Part shown: in pieces, positions 14,201 to 26,133 of the stretch | Position numbering within the stretch: position 1 is the first letter of the stretch | Layout: every line of letters starts with the position of its first letter | Origin: Trichosphaerium sp. ATCC 40318 | Taxonomy: Eukaryota; Protista; Tubulinea | Assembly: GCA_038496445.1 (NCBI GenBank) | Contig: JALMLS010000255.1 | Coordinates: forward strand, 62,001 to 126,000 | Direction of reading: 5' to 3' | Length of the DNA stretch: 64,000 bases | Position numbers and translations under genes: made by a program | The notes under the pieces: model-generated | What the model was told of the DNA's origin: nothing | The model's database searches: none | The model's input: the letters and a program-made list of their open reading frames with translations, nothing else

Positions 14201-15349
14201 CGTTTACTTTTGTTTTAATTTTTGTGTATTAATTTTTTTTTAGTGGCTCTGTGTACGAACACCAATTACAACATCTCAACTAACTGTTAATAGATGCAAT
14301 GCATTTGCTATTGCACCTACTGCCTCTGGAGAATCGTTCGCTCCATTTGCATCTCTTGAGTACACCTCTTTTCTTTTTTTTTTTTTGATTTTTTCTGATT
14401 AATAACGTGTTTAGTTTGGCGTCTATTGGTGATTCACCTAAAAGCAACAGTTCTAGTATTTCTTTTCCAACAACAAACAGCCCAATGTCTTTGTTGAGTC
14501 CAGCGTCAACACGAAGCCCATCTTCTATTCAAAGCATGGATTTGTGTATTAATGGCTCTCCAGTGATCTCGTTGAGTGATGACTCAATAATGACCTGGAT
14601 TTCAGAGAGAGCGTTAAGTTTAAACTTGGACAGCGATAATGAAGCTGAGGTATGTTTTCTCTTTTTTTGTTTCTCACAAATTTACTTATTTTTAGGAACC
14701 GCCAACAGATGTTGTAGAACCAATAATACCACCTCACGCTGTCATACCTATGGCAACACATGTTGTACCACTTGAAGACAACAAGCCAAACTTATCTCGT
14801 GTATGTATTTTCGTGAATTTAATTTTTCTATTTTTTTTGAAGTATTAATTGTTTTCTCAAGTCCTACAACACAAGAAGTAATGTAGTAGCACCTGATGCC
14901 TTTGTAATGGCGCCAATCATCAACAAGGTAACACCTGGATCTTGTTGGAATATTTTGTACGAAGGCATCTGCTACAACATCACTGTAATTCGCACTTCAC
15001 GATTTTGGCCAAAATCTTTGATGGTCATTGTAGACTGGGGTGATAGGACGAGTTCTGCTGTCAAGTTCAACGAAAGCACCTGGTGTTTAGTCTCAGAATA
15101 GGTCAACTAATGCTAGCTCCGCATCACAATAGAGCATCAATAGACTTTGTAGCGTAGCGGAAAAATACAAAAAAAAAAATTTGACAAATAAATCTTAACT
15201 ACTTTTCCTAACTTGCGTCTCATGTTACTTTGTTTGGCTATGAGCCAACAAAATTTTTATTTACAGTGTAGTGGCGTGTTTGGAGTAACTGTATCAAAAT
15301 CTACTCAAGTGGATTTTGCTCCAGATTCAGTAGAATTTCTCATCCCTGC
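11287..15349 (+). mobile_element. Mutator-like (MULE) DNA transposon, apparently full length
   Basis: Starts GCAG and ends CTGC; flanked by identical 9-bp AAAAATTTT (11278-11286 and 15350-15358); imperfect ~47-bp terminal inverted repeats; encodes a DDE plus SWIM transposase. Confidence 0.85.
11426..15101 (+). CDS. MULE transposase with SWIM zinc finger (multi-exon)
   Basis: VGLDSVYKLN (D1), MIDKDPAERAAI (D2), LCQYH (CxxH), TNNKVETQW (E), CGC...CKHIIAA (SWIM). Confidence 0.85.
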
Positions 15350-16277
15350 AAAAATTTTGACTCGTGTTCAATTCTTTAGGTTCGATACGCACTAGTGTTT
15401 AACTGTAGTAAGAACGTTGGTTAATGCGAAGAGTAAAACCTTATCTTATTGGCTAATACGCCAGAAATCGATTAAGAACCGAACTCGCACGTGCGAGGAT
15501 AAAATAGAAGCACGTGCTTTTTTTGCTGTTTCGTGGATTTATGACAGCTAGATTTGTATACAAAGATTATGTAACCTAATTCTCAAGAGGTTTATTGAGT
15601 TTTTTGTCTATATGTTTTGTACTTTGCCTGTAAATAATATTTAATCCAAATCACGAACAAAATGATTGCCAGCGCAAACAACAGGAATTACGATATGTGA
15701 TCTAAGACTAGATTCTGGGTGAGATTAGTAATCGAAAAAATGCTTGGCTTTATAACTGTAATACCTCTAACACGTCAGAAGTACTCTTGCTTTTTGAATA
15801 ACGTACCCATTACTGTTAGCGCTATCAAAGTGAAGTTTGCTATGTTGGTATAAGTTGATTGGATGACAAGATTACAACAAGGTGGCCTGAATTATGTGTT
15901 GGAAACGGCGTATCTGGTTTACTACAAAAACCGTTGCGAACGGTAGTAATTCAATTTGTTGTATTTAAAACCCATTGCTATCCAAGATTTTTTGTCAGTT
16001 ACATCGGAAGTATTTGTTGTAGTTTCTGACCAATAATACGTGGTGTTGAAACCTTCGTTAATGTCTACTATGTATTGCGTTAATCTTCAATTGTAATAAC
16101 TAATCGCGCCAACAAAGCACATGGCTGTCAATAAGACGAAGAATCTAAGGAGAGTATGCGAAATTTTCATGTATTTAACAGCTTTGTTGCTAACAAGATT
16201 GCTACGTAGAGGTTTTTAAGTCTTAGCACGTGTTAAGTGTTAAGGTAGCTTAGGTGTAACACTGTGCCTTGATAACA

Positions 16278-16386
16278 TATTCTCCACTTGGAACACCCCA
16301 CAATCGCATGGAATAGTACAAGAGCCATTCCTGTGAGGATGTTGAGGTTTTTGGAGTGCTCGTGATTTCGTACAAAGTGGTGGGTT
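16278..16386 (-). pseudogene. Diverged inverted fragment of the gene at 20822-22325
   Basis: Reverse complement reads ccactttgtac...cctcaacatcctcac...atggctcttgtact..tccatgcgattgtgg, matching ~21296-21414 with indels. Confidence 0.8.
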
Positions 16387-16528
16387 GCCCATTGTTTTTG
16401 TTGCTTTACAGTTCTTTGATACACTATCACTTCAACAGTGTTTATGTTTACTTTGTGTTTAAAGCTTAATTTTAAAGGGTAAAGAGTGACTAGAGGCTAC
16501 ATAACTATTTGTAATTTATTATACTTAT

Positions 16529-17620
16529 TTATAAATCTAACATGGTGTTATTCATCATTCTTATTTTCAACAGCGACATTGCAAATTTTACAGGTAGCCA
16601 TGTACGACTACTCAACGTTTCTTCATCGTCAACATATCTACTGTGTACCTTTAGATGTCCACTTTTGGCCCACCATTTAAATTCACCATTCTTTTTATCA
16701 TCAACATAGGTTCCATGCAGCTTGAGCTGTCCATTGTTATACCATGTTTTGTATTCACCATGTAAAAGTCCATTACTCCAAAATACACAATTACATAGTT
16801 GTCCACTACTGTTCCAATCTTTAAACTCGCCATTTAACTTGTTATCTACATATGTGGTTTGTACCATCAGCTGGCCATTTTCATGCCACATTTTGGCTTC
16901 GCCTTGTAGCTCACCATTACTGACATTGAGATGAGACTTGCGTTGGCCATCAGTATACCACTTTCTGTATTCACCATCCAATTTACCATTAATGAAGTTG
17001 GAATGAACCTCAAGATGGCCGTCAGCATACCACTTTTTGTACTCGCCGTTTTTCTTATCATTGATGAACATGGCTTGTTTTTTAAGTTGTCCATTATCAT
17101 ACCATCGTTTTCGTTCACCGTTTCTTTTACCATTCTTGAAACAACAATGTTCAAATTTTTGTCCATTCTTCCTCCACCATGTACATTTACCGTGTAGTTC
17201 ATCATCAACAAAAGTTGATTGTATCTGAAGCTGTTCATTATTATACCACTGTGTATAATCTCCATTCTTTTTACTGTCAATACAAAAACAAGACACTTGA
17301 AGTTGTCCATTTGGATGCCATTGTTTAAAAGCTCCATTTTCCTTACCATCAACACTCCAGCAGTGAGTATACAGTTGACCATTTTTATACCACTGCTTGC
17401 ATTCACCGTTTTCTACACCTTCAACAAAAGGTATTTGAGACTGTAACATACCGTTATCATGCCACTCCAGCCATAATCCTTTTTTTTTGAGGTTGTTATC
17501 ATAGTGAGTGTTTGTTGCAGCTCTTTTGGATAGTATGTGAAACTTATTGAATGTTTCCTCGTTGAAAGTGCACAAGTATTGTTGGATATCAACTGGAATA
17601 TCTAGTATAGTAAACGCACT
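16529..17620 (-). CDS. Intronless MORN-variant (MORN_2/YwqK-like) repeat protein with F-box-like N-terminus; start codon apparently lost
   Basis: About 12 24-aa repeats G.YK.WY.NGQL; upstream in-frame LDIPVDIQQYLC with no ATG before an in-frame stop. Confidence 0.8.
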   Translation of the reverse strand, partial: SAFTILDIPVDIQQYLCTFNEETFNKFHILSKRAATNTHYDNNLKKKGLWLEWHDNGMLQSQIPFVEGVENGECKQWYKNGQLYTHCWSVDGKENGAFKQWHPNGQLQVSCFCIDSKKNGDYTQWYNNEQLQIQSTFVDDELHGKCTWWRKNGQKFEHCCFKNGKRNGERKRWYDNGQLKKQAMFINDKKNGEYKKWYADGHLEVHSNFINGKLDGEYRKWYTDGQRKSHLNVSNGELQGEAKMWHENGQLMVQTTYVDNKLNGEFKDWNSSGQLCNCVFWSNGLLHGEYKTWYNNGQLKLHGTYVDDKKNGEFKWWAKSGHLKVHSRYVDDEETLSSRTWLPVKFAMSLLKIRMMNNTMLDL

Positions 17621-17720
17621 TTCTATCTTTAAATGGGCAAGAAGAGACTGTGTATCTAGGGAGAAGTCTTAGACAAACAGTAAACTGACCACGAGGACGT
17701 TTGGGAAAGAAACTGAAATT

Positions 17721-18038
17721 TTCACTGACCAGTTTACTGGGAATGTGGAGGGTAGCAAAAGCGTTAGTTCCACTATAACACTTGTGCCTATACCATTGAA
17801 AACACCAGTAGCGCTTGCCTAGTACCACAAATTATAAGCGGATTCTTTGAGTTTTCATCGGTGTTTTGACAGACAAATTCTTGGTAGAAAAGTTTTGACT
17901 GCAGAAAACTCAAAGAATCCGCTTTTAATTTGTGGTACTAGGCAAGCGCTACTGGTGTATTCAATAGTATAGGTATAAGCGTTACAGTGGAATTAACACT
18001 TTTGCTACCCTCCACATTCCAGTAAAACAGTCAGTGAA
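17721..18038. repeat. Foldback/MITE-like inverted repeat, ~135-bp arms, ~47-bp spacer
   Basis: 17721-17856 is the near-perfect reverse complement of 17904-18038 (e.g. caccagtagcgcttgcctagtaccacaaatt / aatttgtggtactaggcaagcgctactggtg). Confidence 0.9.
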
Positions 18039-18460
18039 CACGTGATTTTCTTCGATGAGCCTTGAGGTTTTTTTGGCTCATAAAAACAAGTACAAAGAGC
18101 CTGTTCTATCAAGCGCACCTTGAGACATTGTAAACGTCGGAATCAGATTTGATTAACCTATGTACTGCTACGGCTAGATCTTACAGCGGTAAACTGATTA
18201 GTAGGGCGCGTTTCGCGTTGCGTTGTCCACAATGTATTAATTGACTGTGTTGTGTTTTTACTCAACTTGACTTTGGGCGCAGAAAATGTGGGTGACATTT
18301 TGCATGCATTGTTTAACAATTATACAGGTAATGTTTTAAACCAGTTCTCTCAAACAACTATTTGGGATTGTAGGTGAAGTACTGAAACCTCTACGGGTTA
18401 AAAATCAAATATTGAAACAATGGATCAATAGTAGAGATTACAACACTGTAATATTCGTAG

Positions 18461-20309
18461 CTACAAATCAACTGTATTCTTAACTCCTTCTTCTGTTGCA
18501 TCAGTTTGCCATAAATTGTAAGGCAAAATAGCTTGTCTCAACTTAGGTACAAAGGCAATGACAAGAAGAACAATGGCAATCTGCAAAGTTCAATGAGTGG
18601 TTAAACGACCAAACACAAGGATGACATACCAACATAAGAATACCAAACACAATACCCAACATCATACCAACGTTTAGTGAAGTTCCGCTCTTGTCGTTGC
18701 AAGATTCAGATGCTGAAGTTACAACTACTATACTATGGCAATGTAAATTATGAGTTGTATATGAGGACTGTACGATGAAAGAGTTTGTTCAATCTGTGCC
18801 AATACACACTCTGGTGATACAAGTGTAACACTACCATTGATACAACTGCTGTTACTTTGTATTATTTCTCTTCTCATAGCGCCAGTTGTTGTAGAGTTAA
18901 TGATTACTGTTGTATTAGGCAATATCTCGATACATCCTAAATCGTTTGATCATTCAAAGTTATAATCAACAAATGTAAGAAAGGTACCTTCAACTATAAT
19001 TGAACCACTTTCTGTTATTGTAATTGTACCTTGAATAACAAAATCACCACGAATAAATATATCACTGTTCACGATTGACGGTAGAGAAACACTTTTTGGT
19101 ACTTCAGACGGTCCATTTGATAGTGTTGGAGGTTCTGTAGTAGGTGTGCCAACACAGCCTTGAAGTGTACAGCTATTTACTAAATGTAAGGAAACAACTT
19201 AGAAAAATATATATAAAGCATGCCGTTGACCTTGATCACAAGCGCTATCTACTTCGGTATACGAGCACGTTTGGTTCCAAGGACCCAAAGGTATACATAA
19301 ATCATTAGTGCAACCAATATTATCATTACAGGACACAGGTATAGGTAGAACACAAACACCTAAAATGAATTAACTAAAACTTCAATCCAAAAATCCAATA
19401 ACTTCTATTCGTCGTACTGTTCATCATTATGTTAGTGTCCATTGTACATCCGTTGTTGTCATTACAAAGCCATTCAACAGATAGAAAAGGTCTAACATTT
19501 AGATTAATATGATCCTCACTATAAAAACTAGAGGATCCTCCTTGTTGCACTATACTCCATCCAAAATCGTTCTGAGTAAAATTTGAATCTACCAAATCTT
19601 GTAGGTAGGCTAACAACGTGGGTGAGCATATGATACATTGTCAAAATGCGTACATGTTACATCAGCATGCACAACTTGGCTACTCTCATATATAAGAGTT
19701 GCAACTTGGAGGCTGGGAGACGTAGAAACTGAACTTCGGTAATTAGCCCACTGGACGTTATTTTCAAGCCAAAGCCTTTGAGCTTTGAATATAACCGCAT
19801 TTAATCCGGTGTCAAGCGATGTAACAGTAAAGGTTGCTTTCATAATTTGAGCATCGTCTGGTTCAGGCCCACCTTGAAATAATTAAGATGACGTAACTTG
19901 AAGAAAGCAGTTGTACCATTTCTGCCAAACATCATTAGAAATCTGACCAGCCCAATCTGACGTGAGCCCAACCGTACTGTTGTACGTGTGTCGTGGGTTT
20001 CATCGGCTGTACCTCTTTTCTGAACCGAATTGTCAATATACGTTGCTTCTAAATCGTTTATAACTGATATCACTGTATTTTGGCCCACTATTATAACAAA
20101 TATTAGTGATAAACCGTCGTGAACACAAAAATATTAGTGATAAAACGGGAACGATCACGTGATTACAGATGTTAGTTTATTTGGAGTAAAATAAAAGCGC
20201 TCAGTTTTTATCGCAGAGCACAAAAGATCAAGACGATTTTTAGGTACAGCTATACGGATGTACCTGATACAATAATAAATAAAGAGAGAAGTATGAGGTT
20301 CGTTGCCAT
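18461..20309 (-). CDS. Type I cell-surface protein: signal peptide, DNRLRE-like domain, Dictyostelium-type Cys repeats, C-terminal TM (copy 1)
   Basis: MATNLILLSLFIIVS; EATYID...GLVRF...W.EN.V.W...FYSED...RPFLSVEW; CNDNNGCTMD, CNDNIGCTNDLC; hydrophobic C-terminal helix. Confidence 0.65.
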
Positions 20310-20821
20310 AGCTACACGCGGCTTATGCTGAAGATCTATCTAAGTTGGATTGAATTCGGACGTAACTGCTTAATTACATCAAAAATAACTTAGGGCACTA
20401 TAATGAACAAAAATGGTGATAACCATAACCATGCTTATCGGTAATACACGGTTCAAGTACGTTTAACATGTTAGACAACAGGTCTTATACGACTACAGTT
20501 TTCTTAGTTGACCTAGCAATTCTACAGTTTTGTTTTGAGTGGTTACAATAATGACGTTACACGACCAAGTAAAGCATCATAAACCATAAACTTGCTTTAT
20601 TTTACATATTAAACTTTGTTGTACTGGTTTATCACTAGGTCTACTGATAAACCTTTTCGTTGAGGTTTGCGGAACGAATAATGTTCTGGCCTATTGTAAG
20701 TTTAGCATGACGAGTATAAGAAAGTGCCGGCCATTGAAGGATGAAGAAGAGTAAGGAGTGTGTATTTTAACACATTTAAAAGCACAAAGAAAAAGTGACA
20801 AACAATTCCAAAGCAACCAAG

Positions 20822-22325
20822 ATGAACAACGTAAGCATAGCTTGCGTATTTGTAATATGTATTACTTGTATCTACTGCGGTAGTGTACCTAGCTGGGAGC
20901 CAACGTATGATATGCAAATGTCAACAATATTTATGCCGTGTAATGATTCTGGCTTCTTCGATGCGAAATTTGCAGCTCAATTCGGTATTGCTGATTTTGA
21001 CTGGAGCAATGCGAAACAACTATGGGCTAACACAAAGCCTATGACATGCGAGGAGCTATTGGTAGAACAAGTGTCTCGAGTAAAGGCAATAAACCCCAAA
21101 ACGAAAGTTTTTGTTTACAGAAATCTTGTGAAAGGTACCAACTCGCTGTTATCGCCTCTTGTAACTCATACCTTCCTAGCGCTTCCATGGTTTACCAATG
21201 TTCGCAGTAAAATAACGGATAAAGCATATGAAGGATTTTTTCTCAAATTCTCTGGTAAAAAAAACTATCACGTGCCTCAGTGCGACAGTAATTACAATCC
21301 GCCACTTTGTACCGAATTTTATCACGATCAACTCCAAACACCTCAACATCCTCACGGTGATGGCTCTTGTACTGATCCATGCGATTGTGGAGGTGTTCCG
21401 TGTGGCGAATATCTTTGGGATCACCGTAACACGACGCTAACGGATTATTTGATAAATCACGTGATTCTTGGCAAAACAGGCAGGAAAAGTGTTTACATTT
21501 CGTTGGTTTCCTGGATTCTGTAATAATATTTTTGAACAGGTCTCGGTAATCCGCAAATATCCGGGTTCTATCTGGACGACCATTGGACAGATGCACCTTC
21601 GGATAATCCTCATCATAGATGTGATCATTTCACATATGGTGCGAGGTTGTTTTTGCAAGATGTTTTTTGCTATTGGTCATGTACTCTACCATTTCTTTGT
21701 TCTCATTGAGTTCTAGGTGGTGCTACTGAAGAGGATTACTATTGTGTACTTGATATGGGTCTTGATCAGAAAGATGTAACTGACATTTACAGTAATTGGC
21801 AATCGAATATTGCTAAAGTACATGATGCAATTGCAGCAAATAACGGTTGGAGTTGGCAGCAATTCTTCAAGTTTTCAACACCTACAAAAGAAAACTGTGC
21901 GGCTACCTTCAGAGCCGAATGCAATAGTGACTCTCGTGTTTACACAAACGCACTATACTACACAGTAAGTAAAGCAAACCCACAACAACAAAAACTAACT
22001 TGATTGATAGTACACATTGACAAACGGGAGTGTATCTCCTCTACCTCAATTCGAAGAAGACTTGGCTGGATTTTTATTGGTAAGAGGTCCCCACGCTTGG
22101 CTCGGTTATGGATGGAGTGGATGTTGTCGTGACTCACAGCCACCGGGTGCTGGAGGTAAACCATATTTGTTTCCAGATGAATTGAAGCTTGATTATGGAT
22201 CACCAACAGAAGTTTGTCATGAAACTGAGAAAGACACTGGTATTTTCGTTAGAAAATGGTCTAAAGCCACTGTACAGTTTGATTGTAACACGTACAAGGG
22301 AAGTGTTTCGTTTTTGAACAACTAA
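20822..22325 (+). CDS. Secreted Cys-rich protein, putative glycoside-hydrolase-like (family not assigned)
   Basis: Signal peptide; VKAINPKTKVFVYRN, GFYLDD, FLLVRGPHAWLGYGW, FVRKWSKATVQFDCN; three introns. Confidence 0.55.
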
Positions 22326-23802
22326 AACCACATCAATATGCATGAGTTATGAGTAAGTTATTTAATGTAAGATTGGATTCGATCAAGGTTAATCATTTTC
22401 TCAAGTGAACTCGCTACCTAAAATTGAGCGATTACATGAATATACTGAGAGTAGTTGGTACGACACGTTGTAGAGTCTGTGGATTATAAGAAATTCAGTG
22501 GTTTGACGCTATTGTAGTCCACATTAGTAACTTTACAAACACTAGCAAAGGCACGTGGTGATTTTGAACCACTTTTTCTTTTGCGAATAGCTAAGCTCAA
22601 TACAAGCTCATTTTTTGCTACTAATACGCTGAATTACGCTCCGTACGTTATTTTCCAACTCGTTTTGCATCAAAACATGTTGACACGTGTTTAAAAACGA
22701 ATCAGCGTCTTTATGATAGTTTATGGTTATCTTTTGGCCTTGTGTCATACAACAGGTAAAGATAGGCGTTTATGCAGTCAAAACAAGTGGATTTAAAACT
22801 TTTCTGAAGAAACTAAAGTTAGAAGTTGATATTCTAGAATTCCACAATTTATCAGCAACTTTTTTTTACACTTTGTAGTTATTTAAAGATTACGTGTGTG
22901 CTACAATATTGCTTGGTTAAAGCCTTGTCATAGTGTTATTTGTCGTCATCACAGATTCATCAACAACAAATAATAACCAAGGTTGTTGGCGCAATTTTAC
23001 CATGGCAACCTAAATTATCTGTCTGTTCGAAATCACGTGAACAAACCTAAAAAAAGACAACAAGATTTATTCGCTAGAATACCACTTTAAAACATTGCAG
23101 CTTGACACTGACCTACTGTAGAACATAAAATCAAGTCAAGGCCTTGGCTACGCTGAAAAAAAGCTACCTCTGTATCCACTAAACCAAATTGTTCGGTATG
23201 AGTTTTAACCATTGCCGCAGTACAGTAAAAGTATATTTGGTGTGTACAGTTTTGACGATTGCTAATCGACATAAATTACGTCATTTACGTCCTTCTACAT
23301 CGGTTTTGCTGCTGAATTCGTTTTGAACAAACACGCTCTAAACGAAGGTTCAAAAAAACATGTTTGATTGCCAACACATGGCGTCAACAAAAGTGTTAGA
23401 AGGACGTATCATTTATCTGGACATTACAAAAACTCAATTTGACATCCGTCCGCTATAGAAAGCAAAATTACGTGACGAGATCAATTTGTACACAAAAAAA
23501 AGGTGTTATTGTACACAAAAAAAAAAGTTCTTGCTGTATACGAGAGAAATATTGTTGTAGGTCATTCTTAGGAGAACAACCATGGCACTACTGAAGTAAC
23601 TCACACTGGGATAAAAGATCCGTAATAATAGTATAAAGCCGGCATATGAATTCTAGCAAATAGCAGCGAACAGAAATGTAGCCTTCACACAGGCTTGTTA
23701 AAAAGTACTGTTAATTGTTAGGTATCACGTTATTCAAATCTAATATAGCGCAACACTTACTTAATAGCGTGTTCTTATCATAAACCCAAACACTACAACA
23801 CA

Positions 23803-24309
23803 ATGCGCACCTCATTATACCTCATACTCGCATGTTTCTTTACCTTATGCCTCGCATATCCATTCACATCTGATGTCAAGGTTAAAATTTACGCACCAAG
23901 TCCAGCCCATGGATACAACTTGTATGTTGGCACCAGCAGATCCCCTAAAAATGGTAGAAGCTTGACGTTAGAGCGTTATGGAAACCTCGAGTTTTATGAG
24001 GTCCTAATGACTGATGGATCATACAAGTATTCAATCGTAGCTGACCCTGAATATTGTATGGATAGCAGTTCAGGAGTCGAAAATGGTAAGAACCTGAAGT
24101 TGTGGAAGTGCGAAATTACAAATAGAAATCAAAAGTTCATCAAGGAGGCAGTCAACGCTCCAGGTAATATATACAACCTCAGATCGATCAAAAACGGAAA
24201 TTACATGGTCGATAAAGGCGTTGGTGGAGTGATTGGTCAGAATGTAGTCATGTGGCAGAGAGATAATAGCCGCTACAGCCAGACATTCTGGATAAACAAA
24301 ATCAACTGA
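23803..24309 (+). CDS. Secreted ricin B-type lectin (beta-trefoil), intronless, copy 1
   Basis: Signal peptide; YCMD...G.NLKLWKC...NQKF; MVD...GQNVVMW...SQTFW. Confidence 0.85.
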   Translation: MRTSLYLILACFFTLCLAYPFTSDVKVKIYAPSPAHGYNLYVGTSRSPKNGRSLTLERYGNLEFYEVLMTDGSYKYSIVADPEYCMDSSSGVENGKNLKLWKCEITNRNQKFIKEAVNAPGNIYNLRSIKNGNYMVDKGVGGVIGQNVVMWQRDNSRYSQTFWINKIN

Positions 24310-24487
24310 GTTGATAGAATTGTTATGTTAATAAAACCCTCCCTTTGGTCACGTTTTTTTTTCTGTTTGTGATTTGATTTGTGATATTGACAACGTTTGG
24401 TGTCAATTAACAGTTAAATATAGTATTTTTTCTTGTTTTGTTAACCCTGAAAACCTTGTGTTCACGATTTGATGCCAACATTTTGAG

Positions 24488-24540
24488 TATGGATCACCAA
24501 CAGAAGTTTGTCATGAAACTGAGAAAGACACTGGTATTTT
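24488..24540 (+). repeat. Exact 53-bp direct copy of 22194-22246
   Basis: tatggatcaccaacagaagtttgtcatgaaactgagaaagacactggtatttt at both sites. Confidence 0.95.
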
Positions 24541-24563
24541 TTTATTAATGGAATAGAACCGTT

Positions 24564-25894
24564 TTATGACCATGTAACAAGAGAAAATGTTTTACAATAC
24601 ACTGAGCTCAGTTTGCGATTGATGCAACCTTTGCAAACTTTTTTGCTTTCCCTTTTTTTTCCATCTTTCTTCTTACTATCGAAATCATTACAAAATTCCT
24701 TTCCAAGGCAGTGATAAGAAAATAAAACAATAAAGCATAGTCCCACGTTACTATAGCGAGACCAAGAAGCAAGTATATAGGTAAGGATATTATCCTGAAG
24801 ACCAATGAAGATCGAGCCATGTGAAACAATCCTGCTCTTGTAGCTTTTCCGTTTTTAGTTGGTGCTAGCTTTTCTCCTTCATCAACAAGCTTCACAAGCT
24901 GCATTGTTAAATTATACATTACTAATAAATATTAAAAAAGAGTCATTAAAGAAACTAACCAAGCCCTTGAGGAAGGAGTATTGTGAAGTACACGCCAAGA
25001 AAAAGACCAGCAGCCATATCTACAACGGCACGTGTAAGTTTGTTGTTTAAAAAAAAATGGCATTGTACCTCTGATAATCGTGATTGACACGTGTAATCTT
25101 ACAACAATGACGAACGCGAGCATGTTGATGATACGCAATAAACATCGAATTGCAGTAATTATTAATATAAATCGTGCTCTCTTAGCTTTAAGAGCTGTGG
25201 GCGTTGCAGCTACCGGTCTAAAAGAAAAACACTAAGTTTATGATTTCTACTAAATACTCGTACTGTAATACTTTCCATGTAAGGAGAGTATCAAATACAG
25301 CCATCCCAATTAACTCTCCCACAGCGAAAAGCACCAACACTAGCCAATCCCCAGAAATAGTCTTACCAGCTATTATCAACGAAACAGTGATAACAGCAAC
25401 TAAAAACCGAAACATTAAACTTTAAAGTTGATGATGTAAAAACGATTTCGAATTTACGTAAGTTCATAAGTGTACTGAGCCATTGTAACATGTATAAATC
25501 TTTAGGACTGCATTGTTTACGGAGTGTGAAAGGTAGTAAATAATAATGATACACATTTACAACTAGCATCGCAACAAGCAATACAAGGAGTAGTGAGTAG
25601 CCTATTTTAACTCCAAAATCGTTTGATATACAGCTTAAATCTCTACCATCAACGTTTGCGAATAATAGTATACCATGGCCACTCCAACTACAAGGTGTCT
25701 GCGATGTTAGATAGCGGGGAAAAAATGTTTCGATAGAAGCATCATATCTCTTACCCAGGCGAGCATATACACGTGCCATTAACGCAAACTCCTCTACCTG
25801 CGCATTCACTTGGTATAGGCCAAAATTTAGCACATTCACGTGGCGCTAGAGTACTATTCATGATAATTAAGCAGGTCAAATAAATTCCCCACAT
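24564..25894 (-). CDS. Multi-pass membrane protein with N-terminal EGF-like Cys domain (GPCR-like topology)
   Basis: MWGIYLTCLII signal; CAGRGVCVNGTCICSPG EGF-like motif; several hydrophobic helices in later exons. Confidence 0.5.
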
Positions 25895-26133
25895 TAAGTT
25901 ACGATTCAGCACGTCAGCAAACACAATCCTCATAAAATCTCCGTATAGAAGTACAAAGGTTACCACACAAATGTGTTGTATATTCATCGAAAGTGCCCTT
26001 GATCACGTGTACAGCACTAAACGTTTTTTTCGAAGTTATTTTTGGAAACTTCAGTGACCGACTTCTTTGAGGAAAAATCAAAACAAAGTTGCTCAGCCTG
26101 CTAGAAGCAACAACTAACTACTGACTAATTAAA

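Noticed and set aside
16867-17406. Alternative-frame Met/Asn-rich ORF
   Set aside because: Off-frame product of the MORN repeats
16529-17575. Bacterial toxin-antitoxin (YwqK) system
   Set aside because: No cognate toxin or operon; eukaryotic context; the similarity is only the repeat
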